A DNA stretch of 64,000 nucleotides from Clostridia bacterium. GTDB taxonomy: Bacteria > Bacillota > Clostridia > TANB77 > CAG-465. Below the pieces are notes generated by a model that made no database searches, was not told the DNA's origin, and was given only the letters and a program-made list of their open reading frames with translations. Of this stretch, positions 18,389 through 27,513 are shown in pieces (the first letter of the stretch is position 1; each line of letters opens with the position of its first letter). The stretch covers positions 1,241 to 65,240 of the forward strand of contig JAFXEC010000015.1 in NCBI GenBank assembly GCA_017521005.1, read 5' to 3'. The position numbers and the translations under genes were made by a program.

Positions 18389-20767
18389 TTATAAATTACC
18401 AGCTTTTTCAGCATATTTTTTAAGTTTATTATATACATGGTAAGATATTGTATTCTTTTCGAAGCCTTCGCCTTCAACATATGTTCCATATTTAACACCT
18501 GTAAGTATTTCTATACCTTCATCTATTGTAGAGATAGGATAGATGTGGAACATTCCTTTTTCAACAGCATCAATTATTTCTGCATTTAACATTAAGTTCT
18601 TAACGTTGTGATGAGGAATAATAACACCTTGAGTTCCTGTAAGCCCTTGCATTTTACAAACTTCATAGAAACCTTCAATCTTTTCTGTAACACCACCAAT
18701 AGGTTGTATTTCACCTTTTTGGTTAACTGATCCAGTAACTGCTAGACCTTGTCTAATTGGTACACCAGATAGTGAAGAAAGGATTGCGTATAGCTCTGTA
18801 GAAGAAGCACTGTCTCCGTCAACTCCATTGTATAATTGTTCAAAACATATACTTGCATTAAAGCATAGTGGGAAGTCTTGAGCAAACTTTTCACCAATAT
18901 ATGCTGAAAGGATAAATACACCTTTAGAGTGAGAGTTACCACTCATTGAAACTTCACGTTCTATGTTTACTATACCACTCTTGCCAAGGTAAGTATTAGC
19001 TGTTATTCTAACAGGTTTACCAAATGGGTAACCACCAGAATTTAGAATAGTAAGACCATTAATTTGTCCAACAGCTTCACCTGAAGTAGAGATTATAGTA
19101 GCACCGTCATAAATCATACGTTTAAGTGTATCATCAAGTTTTCCGTATCTCTTTCTTTTATTTAATGTAGCAGTTATAACATCTTGTGGTTCAACTGCTT
19201 TTCTTTCAGCAAGTTTAGCAACGTGTGCAGATTCTATTATTATATCTGTTAAATCTGTTTGCATTGCAGTAAGTTTTGTTTTATCTCCAGCACATCTAGA
19301 ACTGTATTCTATAATTGCTTTAACAGCTTCGCTCTTAAATGGAAGTAAGCTTTCTTTTTTAACAACATAAGCAACATATTCAATAGTTCTTCTTATAGTA
19401 TCTGTATTTTTATCTATAGAATCATCAAAGTCTGCTTTCATCTTAAATAGTATTTTGAAATCTGAATCAACAGTACATAGTTGTTGATATATTTGTTCAG
19501 TACCAAATAATACTATTTGAGTTTTAATTGGAATAGCTTTTGGTTTAAGAGCAATCATGTGAGATGGAGTAGCCATATCACGAGACATATCTATACTTAA
19601 TTCTTCATTTCTAATTACTCTTTTGAAAGCTTCCCAAACAGACATGTTAGTCATAATATCACGAGCGTTAACTAAAAGATAACCACCATTTGCTTTATAG
19701 AAAGCACCAGCTTTAAGAAGAGTGTGATCAGTTCTTGTAGAACCCATAACGCTTTCATATTCTAATTTGCCAAATATATCTGTATATGTTGGGTTAGAAC
19801 ACATAACAACTGGAGCGTGAGTTAACATTTCGTTGTTTACTATTACATTAACTTTATATTTATGCCATGGTTTTGTTTGATGTCTCATAGCAGGTGGCAT
19901 AGTATCTTCTTTTGGATCTTCCTTAAATTGTTCAGCATGTTTAACTATATCTTCTTGTACAGCATATAGGTAATTTTGTATTTTTAGATTGCCTTTGTAT
20001 TTAATCTTAAGATCGTTAATATTTTTAGAAACGATGTAAGAGATCATATTAGACTGCCATGCATTAACCTTTTCATAACATTCTTTTTCAAGGGCATCTA
20101 GTTGTTTCATTATACCCATAGTTTCTTGTTGTATTTTAGGAGATTTAGTTTTGTATTTTTGTTTTGTTTCTTCATCTAATTTGTTAAATTCTTCTTCGTT
20201 TAATACTTTACCTTCGTGAATAGGAGAGAAGTATATACCGTCAGTTGCTGTTTTAATCTTAAATCCTTGAGCTGTTGTATATTCATCGAATTTTTTAAGA
20301 ATAGCATTTTTCTTTTCTTGATATTTTTGCATTAAAAGTTTTTTCTCTTTTTCATAGTTTTCAGATTTGAAAACCTTACCAAGATTTTCGCGTATAGCAA
20401 CCATAAAGCGGTGCATATCTTCTTTAAGTTCACGTCCGGCACCAGGTGCTAAGAATATTGCTATTGGTTCATTTGGATTTTCGAAATTGTGTACGTAACA
20501 AAGATCATCTGGAACGGGTTTTGTTTTAGCTAGTTTGTTTACAACAGATAAAACATATGGCATTTTTCCCATACCAACTTGTCCACAAACAAATAGATTG
20601 AACCCTTTTTGAGGCATTTGTAAAGCGGTTTCAACTGTTTCAAGAGCTCTTGTTTGACCAATAATTCCGTTATATGCAGAAATATCATCTGTTGTCTTGA
20701 AGTTAAATTGAGAACCGTTTAGTTTAGAAACTAAATCTGTAGATTTTAATTCTTTAAATTTTCTCAT
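18389..20767 (-). CDS. Lon-family (LonB/LonC-like) protease with N-terminal AAA-like domain
   Basis: A 792-aa protein with a C-terminal S16 protease domain (GDSASSTELYAILSSLSGVPIRQGLAVTGSVNQKGEIQPIGGVTEKIEGF). The Walker A-like motif is GQVGMGKM, with Met in place of Ser/Thr. Confidence 0.75.
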   Translation of the reverse strand: MRKFKELKSTDLVSKLNGSQFNFKTTDDISAYNGIIGQTRALETVETALQMPQKGFNLFVCGQVGMGKMPYVLSVVNKLAKTKPVPDDLCYVHNFENPNEPIAIFLAPGAGRELKEDMHRFMVAIRENLGKVFKSENYEKEKKLLMQKYQEKKNAILKKFDEYTTAQGFKIKTATDGIYFSPIHEGKVLNEEEFNKLDEETKQKYKTKSPKIQQETMGIMKQLDALEKECYEKVNAWQSNMISYIVSKNINDLKIKYKGNLKIQNYLYAVQEDIVKHAEQFKEDPKEDTMPPAMRHQTKPWHKYKVNVIVNNEMLTHAPVVMCSNPTYTDIFGKLEYESVMGSTRTDHTLLKAGAFYKANGGYLLVNARDIMTNMSVWEAFKRVIRNEELSIDMSRDMATPSHMIALKPKAIPIKTQIVLFGTEQIYQQLCTVDSDFKILFKMKADFDDSIDKNTDTIRRTIEYVAYVVKKESLLPFKSEAVKAIIEYSSRCAGDKTKLTAMQTDLTDIIIESAHVAKLAERKAVEPQDVITATLNKRKRYGKLDDTLKRMIYDGATIISTSGEAVGQINGLTILNSGGYPFGKPVRITANTYLGKSGIVNIEREVSMSGNSHSKGVFILSAYIGEKFAQDFPLCFNASICFEQLYNGVDGDSASSTELYAILSSLSGVPIRQGLAVTGSVNQKGEIQPIGGVTEKIEGFYEVCKMQGLTGTQGVIIPHHNVKNLMLNAEIIDAVEKGMFHIYPISTIDEGIEILTGVKYGTYVEGEGFEKNTISYHVYNKLKKYAEKAGNL

Positions 20768-20905
20768 ATGTACTCCTTAAATATTTTGCTTCATTTGTAA
20801 CTACGTTCATATATATACCTAAACTATATAACAAACAATAAAAAATAGCAACTGTTTTAAGAAATAAAAGTATAGAAAAAAGAATAAAAATATATACAAA
20901 AATTA

Positions 20906-20934
20906 TTGAAAAATATTTAAATATATAATAATAT
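20906..20934 (+). promoter_or_regulatory. Promoter of pilin-like paralog 3
   Basis: TTGAAA, a 17-nt spacer, TAATAT, then ATTTGTGTAG. The -10 and the downstream 10 nt are identical to paralog 1. Confidence 0.55.
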
Positions 20935-20973
20935 ATTTGTGTAGATTAATTAAACAAAGGAGGAATGAGAAAG

Positions 20974-21999
20974 ATGCAAAAGAAACAAGGTATATCCTTA
21001 ATAGTTTTAGTCATTACAATAATAGTAATGATAATCTTAGCAGCATCTGTAGTAATTACACTAAGTAATACTGGTGTAATAGATAGAGCAAGTCAAGCAG
21101 TAGATTTAACAAATGAGTCTCAAGTACAAGATTTAGCTGCATTAACATGGGCAGATGCCTATATGGACAATCTAAGAGGTCAAAACCTAATAGATGAAGT
21201 AACAACAAAATTAGCAGAACAAGGAGTAACAACAGATGACTGGAATATAACAGTAACAGATACAGGAGTAAGTGTTACAAATAAAAACTCTGCATCAGGT
21301 ACTGGTTTAGGTTCGCTAATAACAGCAGATAATTATGGAGACACAGTAGATTATACTGTAACAGTAAATGGAACTACATATGATGATTGGCAAATATATT
21401 ATCATAATAGCGACTATGTATATCTAATAGCAGCAGAATCAATAGGAGGTACAACATTAGACAATGGAACAACAGTAGCAAGCCTAACGACAGATGAATT
21501 AGCGTTATACGAAAAATTCAGAGTAGGAGATGCAGATAAGTATACATTAGTAGATACAGTAAGTGGAAATACAGCATATAATTCGAAAGCAGTAGCACAA
21601 TTAATAAAAGACTATGCAAACTTTGCAAATACAGAGGCATATGGAACAAATGTAGTTGGAGCAATAGGAGGACCTACAATAGAATTACTAGCAGCAGGAT
21701 GGAATGCAACAGGAAAAACACCAACAATGGCACTAACAACAGACACATATGGCTATAAAATAAACAATGCCACTTATGTATCAATAACAAGTGATGGATT
21801 ATATGTACCGTCAAATTACTATTACTGGTTGGCGTCTCCGTCTGCTAACTACTATGACATTGTTTTGGATGTGGGCTCTGGCCGTGTGGGCAGCGGCTCC
21901 TATGACGGTTCTGGCGACGTTCGTCCCGTAGTTTGTCTAAAATCTAGTATCCCTGCCACAGTGGGAACAGGAGATTATGATTTTAGTTTAACAAAATAA
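20974..21999 (+). CDS. Pilin-like N-terminus protein, paralog 3, with C-terminal WLASP...VRPVVCL module
   Basis: MQKKQG|ISLIVLVITIIVMIILAASVVITLSNTGVIDRA. ATG 20974 is better spaced from the GGAGG than 20965. The last roughly 170 nt are GC-rich and adenine-poor. Confidence 0.65.
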   Translation: MQKKQGISLIVLVITIIVMIILAASVVITLSNTGVIDRASQAVDLTNESQVQDLAALTWADAYMDNLRGQNLIDEVTTKLAEQGVTTDDWNITVTDTGVSVTNKNSASGTGLGSLITADNYGDTVDYTVTVNGTTYDDWQIYYHNSDYVYLIAAESIGGTTLDNGTTVASLTTDELALYEKFRVGDADKYTLVDTVSGNTAYNSKAVAQLIKDYANFANTEAYGTNVVGAIGGPTIELLAAGWNATGKTPTMALTTDTYGYKINNATYVSITSDGLYVPSNYYYWLASPSANYYDIVLDVGSGRVGSGSYDGSGDVRPVVCLKSSIPATVGTGDYDFSLTK

Positions 22000-22121
22000 C
22001 GAAGGTACAAAATTAAAGTGCGCAAGTGGTGGGAGAATCCGCCTGCGTAAGCGCACGAAATTTGCAAGTGCATTATGTTACATAATGCAATATTTTGTAT
22101 AAAATGTGAGAAAAGGACTTA

Positions 22122-22571
22122 TTAAATTAAGTCCTTTTTCATTATATTTGCATCTTCTAAATTATCATAATATTTAGCTCTAGTAGATATTTTACTATAG
22201 TTTAATTTTGTATATAGGTTAATAGCAGGTATGTTTGAAGTGCGAACTTCAAGGAATATGCTTTCTATTTGTTTTTCTTGTAAGTGCTGTTCTAGTGCTT
22301 TTAGTAGAGAAGAAGCAATACCTTGTTTTAGGTAATCTTTATCTGTTGCTACTGCGGTTATATCTGCGTGTTCTACTAATAGTTCACATCCTATATATCC
22401 AACTACTTTGTTTGTAGTATTGTCTATTGCCACAAGATAATATGTGTTTTCATTTTCTAAATCTTTTTTTATTGAATCATATGAAAGATTTCTATGTTCT
22501 AATGTTTTTTCTATCGCTTCAATTTGATTTAGGTGAGAAACATCAGCTTTTGTTATAGATATGTTGTTCAT
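22122..22571 (-). CDS. rimI: Ribosomal-protein-alanine N-acetyltransferase (GNAT)
   Basis: A 149-aa GNAT protein (QGIASSLL motif) in the conserved tsaE-tsaB-rimI arrangement. Confidence 0.75.
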   Translation of the reverse strand: MNNISITKADVSHLNQIEAIEKTLEHRNLSYDSIKKDLENENTYYLVAIDNTTNKVVGYIGCELLVEHADITAVATDKDYLKQGIASSLLKALEQHLQEKQIESIFLEVRTSNIPAINLYTKLNYSKISTRAKYYDNLEDANIMKKDLI

Positions 22572-23254
22572 TATTTTTCACCATCACGAGTTCTTTCAGC
22601 TTCGCTATTTCTAAAATACATTGCATCTAATGTTTCGTATGTATATGTATTTTTATCTGTTACATCTTCCTTAAATATATTTCTTAAATCTAGAGTAGAA
22701 GATACAACTTCTGTACCTGTTATTTGCTCTGTAAATGGATTTTCAAGCATTTCTTTGTTGTCTGTAACAACTAATATGTCTGCTATTTCTTTTTCTTTTA
22801 GAAGGCTTATTAGAGCTTCGTATGGAAGGTTACCAGATATGCTTGTTTCTTTTAATTCTTTATTATCTTTAACTTCAAATAGTTCATAATATACTCTAGT
22901 GTTTTTTGCATCTAGTGTAGATAAGATATATTTGTGATCTGTATCTAAATGGTTTAACGCCATAAGCTTTAAACTAGTAACACCAAGTATTTTTTTATTT
23001 AATACTTTAGCTAACGCTTTAACAGTAGCTATACCAATTCTAACACCTGTAAAAGAACCAGGCCCTAGAGTGCATGCTAATAAATCCATATCTTTAACTT
23101 TTACATTGTTTTCATTAAGTACATCATCTACTAAAGGTAGAAGCTTTTCTGAATGAGTTATTTCATTATCTATTTCTTTAACGTAAGTAGTATCATTTAA
23201 CATTAATGCTACTGCAGCTTTTTTAGTTGTGCTGTCTATTGCTAATATATTCAT
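22571..23254 (-). CDS. tsaB: tRNA t6A37 threonylcarbamoyl-transfer protein TsaB
   Basis: MNILAIDSTT... and GPGSFTGVRIG are the YeaZ/TsaB signature. It is translationally coupled to its neighbours. Confidence 0.85.
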   Translation of the reverse strand: MNILAIDSTTKKAAVALMLNDTTYVKEIDNEITHSEKLLPLVDDVLNENNVKVKDMDLLACTLGPGSFTGVRIGIATVKALAKVLNKKILGVTSLKLMALNHLDTDHKYILSTLDAKNTRVYYELFEVKDNKELKETSISGNLPYEALISLLKEKEIADILVVTDNKEMLENPFTEQITGTEVVSSTLDLRNIFKEDVTDKNTYTYETLDAMYFRNSEAERTRDGEK

Positions 23255-23709
23255 TAGTTATTTCCTCCGTGTATTTCTATTGTTCTTTCATTGTCTTCAT
23301 ATTCGTTATTTCTAGTTATTGTTATATATATTGTGCTAGTAGGTAATATATCTTTAATTATTTCGCCCCATTCAATAATACATAAACCAGAGTGGAAGTA
23401 GTCTGTTCCTATTGTGTTTTCAAAATCTTCACCATCTGTTAAACGATATGTATCAAAATGGAATATTTTATTTACCTTATCTAAATTCTCTTTTGGAGTA
23501 TATTCATTAACTATGGTAAAGGTAGGAGAAGATACATCGTTTTCTATTCCAAAGTACCTTGCAACTCCACGCATAAATCTTGTTTTACCAGTTCCTAAAT
23601 CTCCAGTTAAAACTATTATACTGTTATTATCTAATTTTTTTGCAAAGTCATATGCAAAATTTTCTGTTTCTTTTTCTGAATGTGTTGTTATTTTCATTGT
23701 TTTCACCAA
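23254..23709 (-). CDS. tsaE: tRNA t6A37 ATPase TsaE
   Basis: LTGDLGTGKTRFMRG P-loop, SPTFT, and HFDTYRL motifs, and a length of 151 aa. Confidence 0.85.
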   Translation of the reverse strand: MVKTMKITTHSEKETENFAYDFAKKLDNNSIIVLTGDLGTGKTRFMRGVARYFGIENDVSSPTFTIVNEYTPKENLDKVNKIFHFDTYRLTDGEDFENTIGTDYFHSGLCIIEWGEIIKDILPTSTIYITITRNNEYEDNERTIEIHGGNN

Positions 23710-24051
23710 AAATATTATACTATTTATATATTAAAAATACAATGTAAATAGGGAATTTAAGGGAAAAATGTATCTAAAAAGTGCATAAAAAGAAGAAAAA
23801 TGGTAAAAAATTTTTAGAAAAATATCTGGTATACATAAAATATAAAGGAAAGAAGCTTTAATATGCTAAAATGCGCATAAATAAAGGGTTTTAAGATATT
23901 ATATTAATAATATTTCATCAATGTTTAATAATTATGGAAACTTAATATGTAATGTGAGAATTTTGAAATAAAAAAGTTTCTAAAAAGTGTTGACTTTTAG
24001 CCATTCATGAAGTATAACATAGTTGTAATCTTATTACAGGAGGTAAGAAAT

Positions 24052-24327
24052 ATGAATAAAGGTGAACTTATTGCAAAAATCGCTGAAGAAAGCAAATTAA
24101 CTAAAAAAGCTGCTGAAGCTGCTTTAGACGCTTTCGTATCATCAGTAGAAGGTGCTCTTAAAAAAGGAGAAAAAGTTCAATTAGTTGGATTTGGTACTTT
24201 TGAAGTTAGACAAAGAGCTGCAAGAAAAGGAAGAAATCCTCAAACTAAAGCAGAAATAAAAATACCTGCTTCTAAAGCTCCAGTATTCAAAGCTGGTAAA
24301 GCTTTAAAAGAAACTGTTAACAAATAA
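24052..24327 (+). CDS. hup: DNA-binding protein HU
   Basis: [14 protein letters not shown]...[20 protein letters not shown]. The start at 24052 follows AGGAGG. Promoter: TTGACT, 17 nt, TATAAC at about 23991-24019. Confidence 0.95.
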   Translation: MNKGELIAKIAEESKLTKKAAEAALDAFVSSVEGALKKGEKVQLVGFGTFEVRQRAARKGRNPQTKAEIKIPASKAPVFKAGKALKETVNK

Positions 24328-24345
24328 TAATTAATACAGTATCTT

Positions 24346-24376
24346 AAAGAACCCACTTGTTGGGTTCTTTCTTTTT
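24346..24376 (+). terminator. hup terminator
   Basis: Stem aaagaaccca / tgggttcttt followed by a T-run. Confidence 0.7.
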
Positions 24377-24377
24377 G

Positions 24378-24406
24378 TTGTAAAATCTACCTTTTTGTGA
24401 TATAAT
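24378..24406 (+). promoter_or_regulatory. Extended -10 promoter of the 132-aa GC-rich ORF
   Basis: TTGTAA, a 17-nt spacer, TATAAT, with TGa immediately upstream. It is strikingly similar to the promoter at 24913-24940. Confidence 0.5.
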
Positions 24407-24455
24407 TCTTGTCGTTAGAAAAACAAATCACATTACTAATGTAAGGAGAATTAGC

Positions 24456-24854
24456 ATGAAGAGTTTCGTAGAAGGTTATTTAGAAAGTCTCTATTCTACA
24501 CTTAAGCCGGAGTATATTTCTTGGCTTAAGGAGTATGTAAAGGAGCACAAGTTTTTTACAGACAATCCCAATGCCACGGAAAACAGTGCAGCATCAGAGG
24601 AAGATCAGGAAAGAATATATAAAATTTCTAAGTTCTTTTATCTTGTTCACCAGTACTGTGAGAAACATGGGATTGAGGTTGAAGGAAGTGAGAACGGTTT
24701 TGTAAGACTCATGGTAGTTATCAACTTGGATAATGATACTACTATTGAGGTGATTACCTGGATTGGCCAAGGAGCAGAAACACAAGTAACACTTGTGGGG
24801 GCAGGTTCTGGTAAAATTAATCTTGAGGATGTCCTTAAGGATAACAAGATGTAA
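24456..24854 (+). CDS. Hypothetical protein (132 aa), no recognisable family; GC-rich patch
   Basis: An ORF with RBS AAGGAG, its own promoter and its own terminator (24859-24899). Its AAG/GAG/CTT-rich codon usage is unlike that of neighbouring genes. Confidence 0.5.
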   Translation: MKSFVEGYLESLYSTLKPEYISWLKEYVKEHKFFTDNPNATENSAASEEDQERIYKISKFFYLVHQYCEKHGIEVEGSENGFVRLMVVINLDNDTTIEVITWIGQGAETQVTLVGAGSGKINLEDVLKDNKM

Positions 24855-24858
24855 CCGT

Positions 24859-24899
24859 AAAGAATGAGTATAAGTTTATCTTATGCTCATTCTTTTTTT
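24859..24899 (+). terminator. Terminator of the 132-aa ORF
   Basis: A 14-bp stem, agaatgagtataag / cttatgctcattct (one G-U pair), followed by T7. Confidence 0.65.
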
Positions 24900-24912
24900 A
24901 TCCCTAAATTCG

Positions 24913-24940
24913 TTGAAAAATCACACTTTTGTGGTATAAT
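24913..24940 (+). promoter_or_regulatory. Promoter of the aminopeptidase gene
   Basis: TTGAAA, a 16-nt spacer, TATAAT, with TGg extended -10. Confidence 0.5.
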
Positions 24941-24978
24941 ATGTAACATAGAATAAAATAATATATGTGAGGTGGAAT

Positions 24979-26364
24979 ATGGTTAAGTACAAAAAAGAAA
25001 ATTCATATGAAAAACTAAATAAATTCGAGCAAGAAGAAATGTACAAATATGCAGATGAATATATTAAATTTCTAAACGCAGCTAAAACAGAATATAAATG
25101 TGTGGATGTTATAAAGTCTGAATTAGAAGGTGCTGGGTTTAAGGATATTTCTTGCTTTAAAGTATTAGTTCCAGGAGACAAAATATATTATATAAATAAA
25201 GATAGAAGTATATATGCAGCAATAATTGGAGAGAGCGCAGAAACATTAGGTGTAAATATAATTGGATCACATATAGATAGTCCAAGATTAGATACTAAGC
25301 CAATGCCTTTATTTGAAAAGCATGGTATGGCATTAATGAAAACACAATATTATGGTGGAATAAAGAAGTACCAATGGTTAAGTATACCTCTTGCAATGTA
25401 TGGTGTTGTATATAACGAATCTGGCGAAAAAATAGATGTTGTGTTAGGTGAACCAAATGATGACTTTACATTTGTAATTACTGATCTATTACCACATCTT
25501 GGTCGTGAAGAATCTGAAAAGAAAGCATCAGAATTTATTGACCCAGAAAACTTAAATGTTTTAGTTGGTTCAATTCCAGATTTAGATGAAAAAGAGGATA
25601 AGGTTAAATCTAAAATACTTAAGGCATTAAATAAAAAATACGGTATTACTGAAATAGATTTTGCAAGAAGTGATATTCGCTTTGTACCAGCATTTGACGC
25701 TAAATATATTGGTATAGACAAAGGCATGATAGCAGGCTATGGCCAAGATGATAGAGTTTGTGCTTATGCAACTATTACAGCTATGTTAAATCTAATTGAA
25801 GAAGGAAAAACATTAAATAAAACAGCTATAGCTTTAATAGTAGATAAAGAAGAAATTGGTAGCGAAGGAAATACTTCAATGAATTCTTGGGGCTTTGAAC
25901 TATTTATGACTAAGCTTTTAAGACTTAGAGGAAAAGAATCAAGAGAAGACTTGTTACAAACATTAGATAATTCATATATGTTATCTGCAGACGTATCTGC
26001 AGCGGTAGATCCAATGCATGACCATTTAAGCGATATACAAAATGGTAATATAGCAGGATGCGGAATATCTATAGAAAAATATACTGGTAGCGGTGGTAAA
26101 TATTCTGCAAATGATGCATCAGCAAAGTATATGTCTTATGTAACGAACTTATTTGAAAGAAATAATGTTAATTACCAATTAGGAACATTGGGTAAAATTG
26201 GTAAAGGTGGTGGCGGTACTATTGCATACATCCTTGCAGCAAAAGGTGTAGAAGTAGTAGACTGCGGCACAGCACTTTTATCTATGCATTCTCCTTATGA
26301 AGTAGCATCTGTAATAGATGTGTATATGACATACAAAGCATACAAGGCATTCTTTAAGGGATAA
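24979..26364 (+). CDS. M18-family aminopeptidase
   Basis: Motifs IIGSHIDSPRLD, GYGQDDRVC, DKEEIGSEG and LSMHSPYE. ATG 24979 follows GAGGTGG. Confidence 0.8.
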   Translation: MVKYKKENSYEKLNKFEQEEMYKYADEYIKFLNAAKTEYKCVDVIKSELEGAGFKDISCFKVLVPGDKIYYINKDRSIYAAIIGESAETLGVNIIGSHIDSPRLDTKPMPLFEKHGMALMKTQYYGGIKKYQWLSIPLAMYGVVYNESGEKIDVVLGEPNDDFTFVITDLLPHLGREESEKKASEFIDPENLNVLVGSIPDLDEKEDKVKSKILKALNKKYGITEIDFARSDIRFVPAFDAKYIGIDKGMIAGYGQDDRVCAYATITAMLNLIEEGKTLNKTAIALIVDKEEIGSEGNTSMNSWGFELFMTKLLRLRGKESREDLLQTLDNSYMLSADVSAAVDPMHDHLSDIQNGNIAGCGISIEKYTGSGGKYSANDASAKYMSYVTNLFERNNVNYQLGTLGKIGKGGGGTIAYILAAKGVEVVDCGTALLSMHSPYEVASVIDVYMTYKAYKAFFKG

Positions 26365-26380
26365 TAAATAAGGGGGATAT

Positions 26381-27487
26381 ATGAAAAATGTATTTAGGAA
26401 TACCGATTATATATTACTAGGACTTGTAATAGTCCTGGTAGTAATTGGAGTAATCGGAATATATAGTGCAGGGATGAATAGTACAAGCTCTAGCGATGAG
26501 TGGGTAAAACAAATAGTATGGGTAGGTATATCTTTAGCAGTTATGTTTGCTGCATGGATGTTAGATTACCATTTAACAGGAAGTATAGGAATAGTAGCCT
26601 ATCCAATATTTTTAGTAGCCCTGGTTGTAGTACTCTTTATGCCAGAGATTAACGGAGCATCCAGCTGGTTTAATCTTGGCGGCTTTTTACTTCAACCATC
26701 TGAGTTTATGAAAATAGCATATATTTTAGCTGTAGCAAAATATATGGAATATATGGGTAAAGGTAAAGCGGCAGTTAACAAATGGCAAAACATATTAGTA
26801 ATAGGAGCTATGTTTGCGATTCCTGTAATACTAATAATGTTACAACCAGACTTAGGTACAGCTATAGTTTTTGCTAGTATAACATTCTTTATGATGTTTA
26901 AATCTGGCTTAAGCTATAAATATGTTATAGCATTAATATTACTTGTAATAATACTTGTACCAATTGTATATTTCTTTGTGTTAAATGATTACCAACAACA
27001 AAGAATACTAGTGTTCTTAGATCCAGAAAGAGAACCACTAGGTGCAGGATATAACGCAATACAATCTAAGATAGCAGTTGGCTCTGGAATGTTATTTGGG
27101 ACAGGCTTAGGTAAAGGAACACAAACACAATGGGGATATTTGCCGGTTAAATCTTCAGACTTTATATACTCAGTAATATCTGAAGAATTTGGATTTGTTG
27201 CATCCTTTTTAATAGTTATAGCATACGTATTTATGCTACTTAGAATATTAAAGATAGCAGAAACTTCTAAAGACAGATTTGGAAGTTTAATAGCAATTGG
27301 GGTATTTGGAATGTACTTTTTCCACTTTGTAGAAAATATTGGTATGACGATTGGTCTTATGCCTATTACAGGTATACCATTACCATTTGTAAGCTATGGT
27401 GGAAGTAGTCTTCTTACAAACTTTACTTGCCTAGGACTTCTTTTAAGCATAAGCGGAAGAAGACAAAAATCTTTATTTGTAGAATAG
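26381..27487 (+). CDS. SEDS-family peptidoglycan glycosyltransferase (FtsW/RodA/SpoVE)
   Basis: A 368-aa polytopic protein with the motifs LQPSEFMKI, MLQPDLGTA, GLGKGTQ and PLPFVSYGGSSLL. Confidence 0.85.
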   Translation: MKNVFRNTDYILLGLVIVLVVIGVIGIYSAGMNSTSSSDEWVKQIVWVGISLAVMFAAWMLDYHLTGSIGIVAYPIFLVALVVVLFMPEINGASSWFNLGGFLLQPSEFMKIAYILAVAKYMEYMGKGKAAVNKWQNILVIGAMFAIPVILIMLQPDLGTAIVFASITFFMMFKSGLSYKYVIALILLVIILVPIVYFFVLNDYQQQRILVFLDPEREPLGAGYNAIQSKIAVGSGMLFGTGLGKGTQTQWGYLPVKSSDFIYSVISEEFGFVASFLIVIAYVFMLLRILKIAETSKDRFGSLIAIGVFGMYFFHFVENIGMTIGLMPITGIPLPFVSYGGSSLLTNFTCLGLLLSISGRRQKSLFVE

Positions 27488-27513
27488 AAAACAAACATAA
27501 AGGAGAAATTAGT

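Noticed and set aside
14767-21999. A canonical type IV pilus, competence pseudopilus or Tad locus.
   Set aside because: The window has no assembly ATPase, platform protein, prepilin peptidase or secretin-like gene. The N-termini also lack the GFTLIE signature, so I report a pilin-like family, not a pilus operon.
23710-24051. The long (about 340 nt) AT-rich intergenic region between tsaE and hup as a possible RNA gene or repeat array.
   Set aside because: I could find no convincing stems, repeats or conserved motifs beyond the hup promoter. It looks like a divergent promoter region.
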